NCBI RefSeq assembly: GCF_963921235.1
Contig: NC_086097.1
Location: forward strand, 93,188,001 to 93,252,000
Length of the DNA: 64,000 nucleotides
Direction: 5' to 3'
DNA from: Mobula hypostoma
Taxonomy: Eukaryota
How positions within the stretch are numbered: the first letter of the stretch is position 1; each line of letters opens with the position of its first letter. Both the position numbers and the translations under genes were made by a program. Positions 37,354 through 48,672 of this stretch are shown piece after piece. The notes under the pieces were generated by a model, which was given only the letters and a program-made list of their open reading frames with translations, did not search any database and was not told where the DNA came from.

Positions 37354-37358
<5 letters not shown>

Positions 37359-37431
<73 letters not shown>
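37359..37431. repeat. Compound (TA)n(TG)n microsatellite
   Basis: Direct reading of the sequence. Confidence 0.97.
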
Positions 37432-37432
<1 letters not shown>

Positions 37433-37504
37433 TATACCTCACCTTTATCCAGTAAGGCACATTCATAACTTGAGGTCTTCATCTCTTATCCACTAAGGAT
37501 AAAG

Positions 37505-37805
37505 AAAATCTCTAAAGAAAAATACTAGTTAAAGAACATAATTGAAAGAAATACATCACAACTTCCAATAAACATAAATACTAAAGAGAAATAAAATCAC
37601 TCAAGGAAAATACTAATTAAATGACAAAATTGAAAGAGATATATCACAATTTTCAATAGATGTACATACTAAGCAGAAATAAAATCCCTAAAGAAAAATA
37701 TACTAATTAAAGTACAGATTTGAAATAAATATATCATAATTTTCAATTAATATAGATGCTAATAAAAACTGTAAAGAAAAATACTAACTTAAGGACACGA
37801 TTAAC
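37505..37805. repeat. Diverged AT-rich 88-bp tandem repeat, about 3.3 units
   Basis: Units start aaaatc at 37505, 37593 and 37681, each containing aaatacta.ttaaa...ttgaaa...atca.aa.tt.caat. Confidence 0.8.
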
Positions 37806-38839
37806 TAAAGGAAAAATTTTCTAATATTTAAAAAGGCTGCATTTACATAACACCTAATATATCCCTACAGGATATCCCAAAGTCTGTAACAAGCATTGAA
37901 ATAGAGGTGTCAGTCTCTACTAGCTGCATAATTTAGCATATCCTCTGCTGTAGGTGCCAGCTGTAAATGCCAGGTACCTCCCCTGGTGTAGTCAGGCCTG
38001 CTTACGTAATGGCGGTTTCTGAGCAGGTCTTTGGCATCAGATTCACTATTGCTGAGGACTCACACTTCTCCTCTTGGTGCCTGGATTGTCTAGCATAAGT
38101 CTCATGACTGGAACAGAAAAGGATAAAATGAGAAAACACAGTATTGGTGACGAGACAGCACGGGGCTGAGTAAAGTGATGCATGCTGGGAAGTCAGGATC
38201 ACAGGACCTGATTCCCCACAATACAGGGTCAGCACCTCCATTTACACACTCAACCATCTCTCTGCGTAACAGCGAAGATCGGCTACTTCACTCTGTCTCT
38301 GAGAGAACTAAGGTCTCTTCAGTTTCATCAAACTTTCACCTGGAGTTTGAATCACACAATAGAAGCTGGGGGATTTAAATTCCTCTAGTTATATTAGTAG
38401 CAATTAATGCAATTCTTGGTGATGGTGACAACGTCCCTCACTAATGTCTGTCCAGAGGTGTAAATCCACTATCCTTACACACTCTGACCTGAATATGACT
38501 CCAATCCAACCCTGGAGGCCGACACTTGCCTCCGTCCCTTTCAGGGGTAATCGGTGTTAGGCAGTTAATGTTTGTGTTAGGTAAAGGAACAGAAGAAAGC
38601 TCCCATGAACATTAGGCCAAATCTTTCTGGCTGTGTAAATGTGGAGATAGTACACATTCATTCAAAATGTTCAAGGCCAGAGCTTGCTGGGGGGTTCACA
38701 GTGCCTATACAGTGAGGGACTCAGCCTAAAATGTCCACTCTTTATTCATTTCCACAGATGCTGCCTGACCTGCTGAGTTCCTCCTGCATTCTGTGCGTGT
38801 CCCAGGCAAGAGTAAGATCTGCCTGCATCTGTAAGTTCT

Positions 38840-39582
38840 GACGTCGGTGCTGTGCCTGTTATTCAATTCATTCAATGTGTGTGTAGTCACTTGGATAGTA
38901 GATTTCCTGATGATGAGTTAAGAGAATGGGAAGATATTAACACTGCTACTATTGCAACCAATTTTGAATTTGGAAAAGAGAATGTTGCACAACTGACTAA
39001 AGAATACTCAGCAAACTGTACAAACTGTAATGGAATCATTGCCTCAAGAATATCGCAGCAATACTGTGATTTCAAATTTGTCATTTCTGAGAAAGTCAAG
39101 ACTGGTTCAATTAAAACATTCACTGATTTGTTGAACTTTGTGCTTAGAAATGGAGACTTTGAAGACCACTTGAAGCTTCTAGTGCTGTCTGCAAATGTGG
39201 ATTCCGTCTTACGAATTCAATCAGAGGTAAATCAGGAAACAGACCAGAAGTGGAACATCTGAATGATCTAATGAGGATTAAGTCATATTTTTCAGCTGGA
39301 TGCAAAATTAATCTGGACGGTGTTTATAAACAATGATTTGTAATAAAGACAGACAAGAAAAAGTTTACGAAATGGTAAAGATTTTACTGTATTTCATTAT
39401 ACTCTTCAATTAATAAATAAAATCAAAAGTATGTGTATTTTTAATTTCATTCTAAATGGTCATAGTATGTAGATTTACAAAAACTTTTAAAGTGCTGCAC
39501 AGTTTTCTAGCCGTGTAAAAGTGTCCTGCCCAGAACAATGGTTGGTCCACACAGCTGTAAAAAAAAATGAGAGGGAACATTG
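38840..39582 (+). mobile_element. 3' fragment of a hAT DNA transposon (C-terminal dimerisation region and right TIR)
   Basis: ORF 38852-39262 has HLDSRFP; a shifted frame gives CGFRLTNSIRGKSGNRPEVEHLNDLMRIK (hATC-like). Ends gagagggaacattg, a plausible TIR. Confidence 0.75.
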
Positions 39583-40056
39583 GTCTGACCGTTCACTAAC
39601 CGGGATCAGAATGGCCTTGGTCTACAGATTTGGTATTGTGTGATGTAAATGTGAGACAGCTGGGTTTCTGGGCACACTAGCTCTGCTGTGAATGAGACAC
39701 TGCTTTTACTGCATACTTTCCTCATGTTATATTTCTGCATCTCTCCGGCAACCCACTGTAACGAGAGAAGCACTACCAATCTTTTATTCCTGCCCTCTGC
39801 TTTGCTTTTGCTTATCACGTTATCATTATTTTACCTTGGGGTCAGACTTTATGGTTTAGAGGTTGGGAAGGGAATGTTTGATGGGGAAGTTATAACCTTG
39901 GCCATGTGAGTCAGGTCAGAGAGGAGGGAGTGAGCAGCCAAGTGCTGATCCCACCAATCAGAAAGTGGGATGCTGCCATGTGAGTCAGAGAGGAGGGAGT
40001 GAGCAGCCAAAGCCGATCCCACCAATCAGAACGTGAGATGTTGTCAGCTGAAACCA

Positions 40057-40323
40057 TGGCTAGCTGGTGGCGCAGTGGCATCAGCGCCAGACTCCAGAGT
40101 GAAGGCTCCTCAGTTCGAATCCAAGTCAGGCCACCCCCCCCGAGCACACTTTCCATCCGTGCTGGGTTGAGCGTCGAGCTAGCCACTCGGCCTCGTAAAA
40201 AACAAAGGGTCGAGTCAGCAATGTTCATATCGTGACCCGGTTAATCCGAAAGGAGACCAATCCTGACACCACGCACCGGACAAGAATGGCTGACTGTCTG
40301 GTGTGAGACGATAAGAATAAGAA
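40057..40323 (+). mobile_element. tRNA-derived SINE with RTE-like body and tail
   Basis: Pol III A box TGGCGCAGTGG (40068-78) and B box GTTCGAATCC (40113-22); ataagaataagaa tail; 11-bp TSD AGCTGAAACCA (40046-56, 40324-34). Confidence 0.85.
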
Positions 40324-40339
40324 AGCTGAAACCAGGCTT

Positions 40340-41110
40340 CTCAAGATTTTATAATGTTACTTCCAGTACACAAGTGTATAGGAGAACAAAATAATTGTTA
40401 CTCCAGATCGGATGCAGTACAAAAAAACATACAAGGGAAAGAACACAATAATAATAATAAAAAACATAACACACGCTGTATAATACCCAAGATAGCTTAT
40501 AGTATGTTCATAAAGTGACCCGAAGCACAGGAGTGTCTGTACGTAAGGTGACTGACAGGAAGTGATAAAGTAGTGGTGGTGGGGTGGGTTAGTGGGTGGA
40601 GGTGTTAATCAGCCTTACTGCTTGGGGAAAGAGTCTGCTGGTCCTGGTGTGGATGTTGTGTAGCCTCCTCCCTGACGGGAGTGGGACAAACAATCCATGA
40701 GTAGGGTGGGTGGGACCTTTCATAGAGATACTGACCCTTCTCCGCCACCTTTCTGTATATTTGTCCTTGGTGGCGAGTAGGATGGTGTCAGCGATGTGTT
40801 GTATAGCCTCACTGTCAGTTCCCTTACCTTGCAGTGACGCAGCCTGTGAGAGGCTCTCTACTTCACATCTGTAGAATGAGGTGAGGATAGATGTGCACAG
40901 TCCAGCTCTCTTCAGCCTTCTCAAAAAGTAAAGGCTTTGGTAAGATTTCCTGATTGTGGAGGATGTGTTCCAGGACCATGAGAGGGTGTGTGAGATGTGC
41001 ACTCCCAGCAGTTTGAAACCGCTCTCAGCTTCCACTGTTGTGCTGCTGAACAAGGGTGTGAGAGGCCTTCTTAGGATTTCTCTAAATCTTTCCTGTTGAT
41101 GTGCCTGTCC
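40340..41110 (-). mobile_element. Rex1/Babar LINE 3' fragment
   Basis: FKLLGVHISHTLSW, LYFLRRLKRAGL, LPSGRRL, FPQAVRLIN. Confidence 0.8.
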
Positions 41111-41114
41111 AAGC

Positions 41115-41460
41115 ACGATTTTACTGTTGTTAATGTACCTCCCTCAACCGCTTCCTCTGGTGTCCCATTCCATACTGCTCCGTGGGTGGTGTAGTTGCCC
41201 CTCAAGCTCTTATTGAATCTCTCTTCCTCTCACCGTAAACCGATGCCCTCTCGTTCTTGATTCCCCAGTCCTGGCAAAGAGACAGTGCACATTCACCCTA
41301 ACAATGCCCCTCATCATTTTGAACACCTCAAGCAGATCACCACCCATTCTTCTGTGCTCCAATGATGGGAGTCCCAACCTGCTTAACCTCTCTCCATAAG
41401 TCTGTCCCTCAAGACCCAGCAACTCATAAGTCTCCTCTGCATTCCCTCCAGCTTAATGAC
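41115..41460 (-). mobile_element. CR1 3' fragment (continues at ~46470-46545)
   Basis: YGERLSRLGLPSLEHRRMGGDLLEVFK...SRTRGH. Confidence 0.75.
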
Positions 41461-41570
41461 GTCTAGGTGACATCTCCCTGTGACCACGTGAGTTTCCTCT
41501 GGGTGTTCTCATAGTCCAAAGACATATCTGTTGGTAGCTGCATTGATCTTTATAAACTGTCCCATGATTA

Positions 41571-41994
41571 CTCTTACTGCCTGTTACGCCACTGGAGTTT
41601 AGGGCAGCGAGGAAGGTCCTCCATCTCTGGTGGTGTTCAGGGCTCCCTTCATTGTGTCAGTAGCTTCCTCTCGGTTTTCACTACTGTCAGTCAGGCAAGT
41701 CCCAAACAGAGACTCAGGAATACCATCCATCGTGCTCAGATGTAGAAGGATTATTAAATGCTGTTTCCGTAACAAAGTTGCTTTACCAGTCAGGGTTGCT
41801 AACCCTGAGCTGAACCCCGGAACCTGGAGGAGTCCGGTGGACCATTCTTAGCCTGCCCTCTGCCCTTTGACCTATTTGGCATGGATTGACCCTACAGAGA
41901 ACCAATGCATAAAGCCCTGACTCCAGCCACCGTAGCTCTCCGGGTTATCGAGGCACGCAAGCCTCCAAACTCAGCAACTAGATTGTGGTCCTCG
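41571..41994 (-). mobile_element. RTE-derived non-autonomous element
   Basis: RTE 5' UTR-like sequence (ctttgacctatttggcatgg, tagctctccgggttatcgaggcacgcaagcctcc); bounded by a 13-bp TSD, tgtcccatgatta (41558-70) / tgtcctgtgatta (46381-93). Confidence 0.6.
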
Positions 41995-41999
41995 GAGGT

Positions 42000-42229
42000 T
42001 GTGGTAAACCATGTATATATGTTGTAACTGGGTTACCTGTCTGGACACACCCCTCTGCTGACTGCCCCTGTGGCTCCTCCCACAGAGTCCTGTATAAAGG
42101 TGTTTGCCTTGCCCCTCCCCCTCAGTCCGGGGGCAGACACTCACTGTGGAGGTCGTATTGTACAGCGAATAAAAGCCTTTCAGTATTTTTACCAAACCTC
42201 AGTCTTTTGGAGTAATTGAAGGTGCTTCA
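42000..42229 (+). repeat. 5' LTR of Gypsy element 2
   Basis: TATAAA at 42093-98 and AATAAA at 42168-73; matches 46148-46376. Confidence 0.95.
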
Positions 42230-42255
42230 ATTTTATTCGCTGTACATTTTAAAAC

Positions 42256-45200
42256 ATGGAACAGGCCCTGAGACCAGAAAAATTAGACCTCCATCCGCAA
42301 ATGCCTGACGCTGGAAACGCATTCGAACTCTGGCTGGCCTGCTTCGAAGCATATCTAGAGGAGATTAAAGCGACCGACCCCGTAGCGAAGCACAGAGTTC
42401 TACTCTCCAGGGTCAGTCCACGGGTCTATTCGCTGATCAGAGACCAGCCGAACTACGACGGCGCAATGAACGCACTCAAAAGACAATACCTGCGGCCGAT
42501 AAACAGCGTCTATGCTCGGCACCGTTTAGCGACACGGCAACAACGGTCTGGGGAATCGAGTGCTGAGTTTGTCCGGGCCCTACAGACACTCGTGCGGGTC
42601 TGCAATTGCCAGGAGCTGACGGCAGCGCAGCATGCAGAACTCCTAGTGAGAGACGCCTTCGTCACGGAGACCAGGTCAGTGTACGTGCGCCAGCGGCTGC
42701 TGGAAAAAGCCGACCTTACCCTAAGTTAGGCGATCGAACTGGCTGATATGTTGGAGGCCGCTCTGCATAACTCCGAGGCTCTCCAGGCACGCAATCCCCC
42801 GATGGCCTCGTGGGTGCCGCAGACCCTGCAACCTGCCGGCGAATCGACCTTGGCTGCCGCCAGTCGTGAGTCCACGAAGTGCTACTTCTGCGGACTGGAG
42901 AAGCACCCCCGGAAACGCTGCCCGGCCCGACAAGCTACCTGTTCCAGCTGCGGAACTTCGCCAAGGTCTGTAAGTCAAAACCGCGAGCGAGACATGGGGG
43001 TCGCCATCTTCCCTGCACACTGCCACCACGTGCAAGACATGGGGGCGGCCATCTTGTCAGCGCCACCTCCCACCGCCTACGACCAACGGGTGCTCACGGG
43101 GCACCCCACCACGCCGGACCAAGACAGCGACCCCACCCTGGCTTCCGTGACCCTCGACCAAAGCGCTCCCCACCAGCTCGCAACGTCAATGATGGACATC
43201 CTGGTGGAGGGGCACAGGACAAGCTGCCTGTTTGACACAGGCAGCACGGAGAGTTTTATCCACCCGGCCACGGTGCAGCATTGTGGACTCATGATACGGC
43301 TGGTAAGTCAGAGGGTCACCATGGCCTCCGGGTCGCATACAACAGACATCCGGGGGGGTTGTGTAGCGACGCTAGTGGTGCAGGACACAGAATATCGGGA
43401 CTTTACGTTATTGGTCTTGCCTCAACTGTGTGCCCCTGTGCTGTTGGGGTTGGACTTCCAGAGCCACCTGAAAAGCGTGACAATGAAGTATGATGGGGCC
43501 CTCCCGCCAATTACTGTCATAAGTCCCCTGTTTTGTCGAGGTATGTCACGTACCCCGCTACTGACCACACACACACACCGACCCGCGCAACCCACCCAAT
43601 ATCATGCCTACTGCCGCACTATCAACACCACTTGCGGCCACTCCACCCTCAGGATCCCTCCCCCACCACTGTTCGCCAACCTGACCCCCGACTGTAAACC
43701 TGTGGCAACTAAAAGCAGGAGGTACAGCGCGGGGGACAGAGCTTTCATTAAGTCGGAGGTGCAGCGGCTGCTCAGGGAGGGGGTCATTGAGGCAAGCACA
43801 AGTCCTTGGAGGGCACAGGTGGTCGTCGTTCAGAACGGGGAGAAGAATAGGATGGTCGTGGACTATAGCCAGACCAACAATAGATTCACGCAGCTCAACG
43901 CGTACCTTCTACCCCGCATCGCAGATATGGTCAATCAGATTGCAAAGTACAAGGTGTACTCGACCATAGACCTAAAATCCGCTTACCATCAGTTCCCCAT
44001 CCGCCGGGAGGATCGCCCTTACACTGCCTTCGAGGTGGACGGCAGGCTTTATCACTTCCTGCGTGTCCCCTTTGGTGTCATGAATGGTGTATCTGTCTTC
44101 CAGAGGGTAATGGACCGGATGGTGGACCAGTGCCAACTGAAGGCCACGTTCCCATATCTGGATAACATCACCATCTGCGGTCACGACCAGCAGGATCACG
44201 ACAACAACCTCCAAAAATTTCTCCAAGCCGCCAAATCTTTCAACCTCACCTATAACAAGGACAAGTGTGTATTTGGGACCACCCGACTTGCTATCCTTGG
44301 GTGTGTCGTGGAGAACGGAGTCATTGGCCCCTTGTTGGAACTCCCTCTTCCCAATACCCTCAGAGCCCTCAAAAGGTGCCTGGGCTTCTTTTCATATTAC
44401 GCCCAATGGGTCTCTAACTACGCAGACAAGGCCTGCCCCCGGTCAAGTCCACCACATTCCCCCTCTCAGCCGAGGCCCATGCGGCCTTCAGCTGCATTAA
44501 AGGGGACATTGCCAAAGCAGCAATGCATGCGGTGGATGAGGCCATTCCCTTCCAAGTAGAGAGTGACGCCTCCGACTTTGCGCTGGCTGCTACCCTCAAC
44601 CAGGCAGGAAGACCAGTGGCGTTCTTCTCCCGTACCCTTCAAGGCCCTGAAACTCGGCACTCTGCGGTAGAGAAAGAGGCCCAGGCCATAGTGGAAGCTA
44701 TTAGGCACTGGAGGCACTATCTGGCCGGCAAAAGGTTCACCCTGCTGACTGAACAGCGCTCAGTCGCATTCATGTTTAATAATCAGCAGCGGAGCAAAAT
44801 CAAAAATGATAAAATTCTGAGGTGGAGAATCGAACTCTCCACCTACAACTATGACTTCATGTACAGGCCTGGGAAGCTCAACGAGCTCTCCGATGCCCTA
44901 TCCCGGGGAACATGGGCCAGCGCGCAGATCGACTGGCTAAACGCCCTACATGTAGACCTTTGCCACCCGGGAGTCACCCGGCTTTTCCACTTCTTGAAAG
45001 CCCGGAACCTGCCTTACTCCCTTGAGGAGATCAGGATGATGACCAGGGACTGCCAAGTCTGCGCAGAGTGCAAACCGCACTTCTACCGACCTGAAAAGGC
45101 ACCACTCATCAAGGCCACCCGCCCCTTTGAGCGACTGAGTGTTGACTTTAAGGGCCCCCTTCCCTCCACCAACCGCAATGTGTACTTTCTTAACGTTATC

Positions 45201-46076
45201 GATGAGTACTCGCGGTTCCCCTTCGCCATCCCCTGCCCCGACACCACTACCACGTCAGTTATAAAAGCCCTGCGCAAGCTCTTCACTCTGTTCGGATACC
45301 CATGCTATATCCACAGTGACAGACGGTCCTCGTTTATGAGTGACGAGCTGCGCCAATACCTACTGGCTAGGGGTATTGCAACTAGTAGGACCACGAGCTA
45401 TAATCCCCGGGGGAATGGACAGGTAGAGAAGGAGAATGGCACAGTGTGGAAAGCCACACTCTTAGCCCTCAGGTCAAAGGGACTGCCGGTCTCCCGCTGG
45501 CAGGAGGTCCTTCCCGAGGCACTCCACTCCATCCGCTCCCTGTTATGCACAGCCACAAATGCCACCCCTCATGAGCGGCTCTTTTCTTTTCCCAGAAAAT
45601 CGACCACTGGAACCACCCTACCAACTTGGCTGACGTCCCCGGGGCCAGTGCTGCTCCGGAAACATGCAAGGAGCAATAAATACTCCCAGATGGTCGAGAG
45701 GGTTCACTTACTTCATGCAAACCCCCAGTATGCCTATGTGGTTTTACCTGATGGGCGGGAGGACACGGTCTCCATCCGCGACCTGGCGCCTGCAGGAGCT
45801 CCGGGCCCCTACCCTGAACACTCCGTGGTGACTATTGACCCCGTACCCACCAATGTATGTACCTACGAGACACCGTGCACCCCAAACCCTATACAGACAC
45901 CACACGACACTCCCATACCAGGCGCGACGCACACGCACGAGGGATTACCAACGCCTAACGTGCTGGCACCTGAGGTCAGGCCGGAGCCAGCACAACCGCC
46001 ATCGCCGGTGCAATCACCACCGGTGCTACGTAGTTCACAGCGACAGACTCAACCGCCTGATAGACTTAACCTGTAA
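42256..46076 (+). pseudogene. gag-pol polyprotein of Gypsy element 2 (one stop, a few frameshifts/deletions)
   Basis: ATG 42256; stop at 42727-29; zinc knuckles CYFCGLEKHPRKRC and a broken CSSCG...FAKVC; protease LFDTGS; RT IDLKSAYHQ and YLDN; RNase H VESDAS; integrase H..LCH...CQVC, SVDFKGP, IHSD, GNGQVE. Confidence 0.92.
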
Positions 46077-46147
46077 ATATACTTGTTGTGAATACTGTCA
46101 GTCACTTCACCCCGCGGGACTCTTTTTTTAAAAAAAGGAGGGGTGAA

Positions 46148-46376
46148 TGTGGTAAACCATATATATATGTTGTAACTCGGTTGCCTGTCTGGACACACCC
46201 CTCTGCTGACTGCCCCTGTGGCTCCTCCCACAGAATCCTGTATAACGGTGTTCGCCTTGCCCCTCCCCCTCAGCCCGGGGGCAGACACTCACTGTGGAGG
46301 TCGTATTGTACAGCGAATAAAAGCCTTTCAGTATTTTACCAAACCTCAGTCTTTTGGAGTAATTGAAGGTGCTTCA
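46148..46376 (+). repeat. 3' LTR of Gypsy element 2
   Basis: Follows the PPT; ends GCTTCA before the TSD. Confidence 0.95.
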
Positions 46377-47344
46377 GAGGTGTCCTGTGATTAGGCTAGG
46401 GTTAAATCAGGGGTGGCTTGAAGGACAGAAGGGCCTATTCCACACTGTACCTCTAAATAAATAAATACAATCTTCCCGATAGCAAGGTGACCAAAACTGA
46501 ACACAATATTCCAAATGTGGCCTCACCCACATTTTTATAGCAGGCAATGTTACAAGGGCAGTGTTAACCAAACCACTTCTAGTAACAGTGCTGTCTCTGA
46601 AGGTGTGGCTTACAGATAATGATGTGCTGGTTGTTGTTGAGCTTCCTGCTAGTTATGATCAGGAGTGCTACTGACTGAGCAGACGGGGCGTCTGGGTGAG
46701 CAACCCACAGTGGACTGACTGCGGCCGGTATCTACCTGTGGTGGAGTAAGTGAATGGGTAGGGCGGAGGATGAGGGGCCTATCAAGCAGAATTGCTTTGT
46801 TTTGAACATTCTTCACTCTGGATTTGACCTTGTCTCAAGATAATATAATAGAGGATAATAATATTTCCTATATGATTACCACGTGTGGCAATCTAATAAA
46901 ATTAACCACACATTAATGGCATGAAGTCGACTCACATTTCCAGCGTACAGCCTGAATTAGACAAACAGCTCTGCAGGCACTCTCTGTCTGAAGTAGTCGA
47001 GAATTAGTAAGTCTCCCTGAAGCCCTGATAACTTTCCTAACTATCAAGACTCAGGGCCAAACCCAAAGCCTTTGTAATTGCAATTGTGCCCATTCACGCA
47101 GGTACCCTGTAGGAGGTGGAGAGATGTTTTCAATGCCTGATAAGGAGTGGGTTTTGCCTTTTCTCTTTTGGAATGGCTCTACCTACTGTGTTTCCCATTC
47201 TAGAGTGAGGTTTTGCTCTGGATATTGGGTGGTGTGCTACTTCAGCTGTTGTGACCTTTTTTAAAAAGAAGTATTACAGCAGTCTTGAAAAGTTTCTGTT
47301 CAATTCCCATATCCATAATTAAAAGGATGGCATGCAGACAAATG

Positions 47345-47725
47345 CAGATCATAAACACGAGAAAGCCTGCAGACACTGGAAGTCCAGAACAATGCACACA
47401 AAATGCTGGAGGAACTCAGCAAGTCAGACACTATGGAAACGAGAAAACAGTCAACATTTCGGGCCAAGACCCTTCTTCAGGACTGGGAAGGAAAGGGGAA
47501 GATGTCAGAATAAAAAAGGTGGGGGAGGGGCAAAGGACAACAAGCTAGAAGGTGACAGGTGAAGCCAGGTGGGTAGTAAAAATAAAGGGATGGAGAAGAA
47601 GGAATCTGATAGGAGAGGACAGCGGACCACAGGAGAAAGGGAAGGACGAGGAAGAGGTGATAGGCAGGTGAGAGGAGGTAAGAGGCCTGAGTGGGGAACA
47701 AAAGAAGAAAGGAGGGTGAGGGATT
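47345..47725 (-). mobile_element. Penelope terminal-repeat fragment with a slightly decayed hammerhead motif (47449-47484)
   Basis: Revcomp reads AGUC-CUGAAGA-AGGGUCUUGGCCC-GAAA-U-GUU-GACU within sequence homologous to ~18200-18485. Confidence 0.75.
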
Positions 47726-48106
47726 TTTTTGTGTGTTATTGAGGGCTCGTTCATCCACTGGTTTTTAAAGATGAAGCAGCAGCGGCTAAAAAAAAGGAGC
47801 AAGGGCAAAGGAATGCAGAAAAGAAAAATCCCCATCAGAGTAATTCTAGTCTCTGTCTGCATACAGTTTGCTAACAGTTGAAGTGACATCCCTTTAACAT
47901 TACCCAATATGCTGAGTAAAATCTCCCTCTACAGAGGGTGATACAGCTGGTAGAGCTGTGTGGAGTCTGCACATTCACTTCTCTCCATCACCAAGCAGGC
48001 TTGCTTTACATCCCAAAGACGTGCGGGTTGGTGGGTTAATTGGCCACTGTTGATTGCCCCGGACAGGTGAACGGGACAAAAAATCAGAAAGAAATTAAAC
48101 AGCAAG

Positions 48107-48672
48107 TGTAACACCCTGGGAAAGGTTTTACTGTGAACGCAATGGTCTTTCTGTAGAAGCAGTGTTTGGGTCATGCTTAGAGATAACGGGTGCTTTGGAA
48201 TGTGAGCTGTCCAATCAGGGGAGTAGATTTTTGTGTTGTGTGCCTGATATCAGTGTGAGCTGGGTCCTTTTCTCGGCAGGAGAGGAAGAGAGAACTGGTT
48301 GTAGGATTCAACCCAGTGGGGGACCATGATTCGATGGAGCAAGGTACTGAGGATCGGTGAATATGTGTGACTTTTGGAAGAGTTGGGCTCCAAATTGTGC
48401 ACATTTGACTGTTTAATTATAATGGGCCTTTATTGTTTTTTTTCTTTTCTTTACTAACCCTTAAGTTAAGATTTATAAATGTAATTCCTTTAATCGTATG
48501 CAGTGTGCTGTCTGTTATTTCTTGGCACTGAGTTGTAACAGGGTAGCAAATTGCCCAGCATCCACACAAACCGGGACTTGTGGTGGGAGAGTCATCTCAA
48601 TCTCACGGGTTTGGTGGGACCGGAGTGTGTCTTCCCTAGACATGAACAGCCAAGGGAACCGAGTGGGGTTCA
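48107..48672 (+). mobile_element. Solo LTR related to the LTRs of Gypsy element 1
   Basis: Starts TGTAAC; shares tgtttgggt.atg..tagagataa, ccaatca/gcaatga, aatgggcc...ttttctttactaaccct and gcatccacacaaa blocks with 7513-8061; no internal domain. Right end approximate. Confidence 0.7.

Larger units (their letters stand above)
42000..46376 (+). mobile_element. Nearly intact Gypsy/Ty3 LTR retrotransposon (element 2; Mag-like architecture)
   Basis: LTRs of 230 and 229 bp (TG...CA) differing by 7 substitutions and 1 indel; 5-bp TSD GAGGT (41995-99, 46377-81); PPT at ~46130-46147; gag-PR-RT-RH-IN order. Confidence 0.96.

Noticed and set aside
38852..39262. ZNF862-like or ZBED-like host gene exon
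   Set aside because: Frameshifted within the hAT dimerisation motif and followed by a TIR-like end.
40057..40130. Functional tRNA gene
   Set aside because: A and B boxes are present, but I see no convincing cloverleaf or poly-T terminator; it continues into a SINE body and is bounded by a TSD.
41800..41994. HDV-like ribozyme in the RTE-type 5' UTR
   Set aside because: Some RTE 5' UTRs carry such ribozymes, but I could not trace the nested double pseudoknot by eye in this decayed copy; a descriptor search on the family consensus would be needed.
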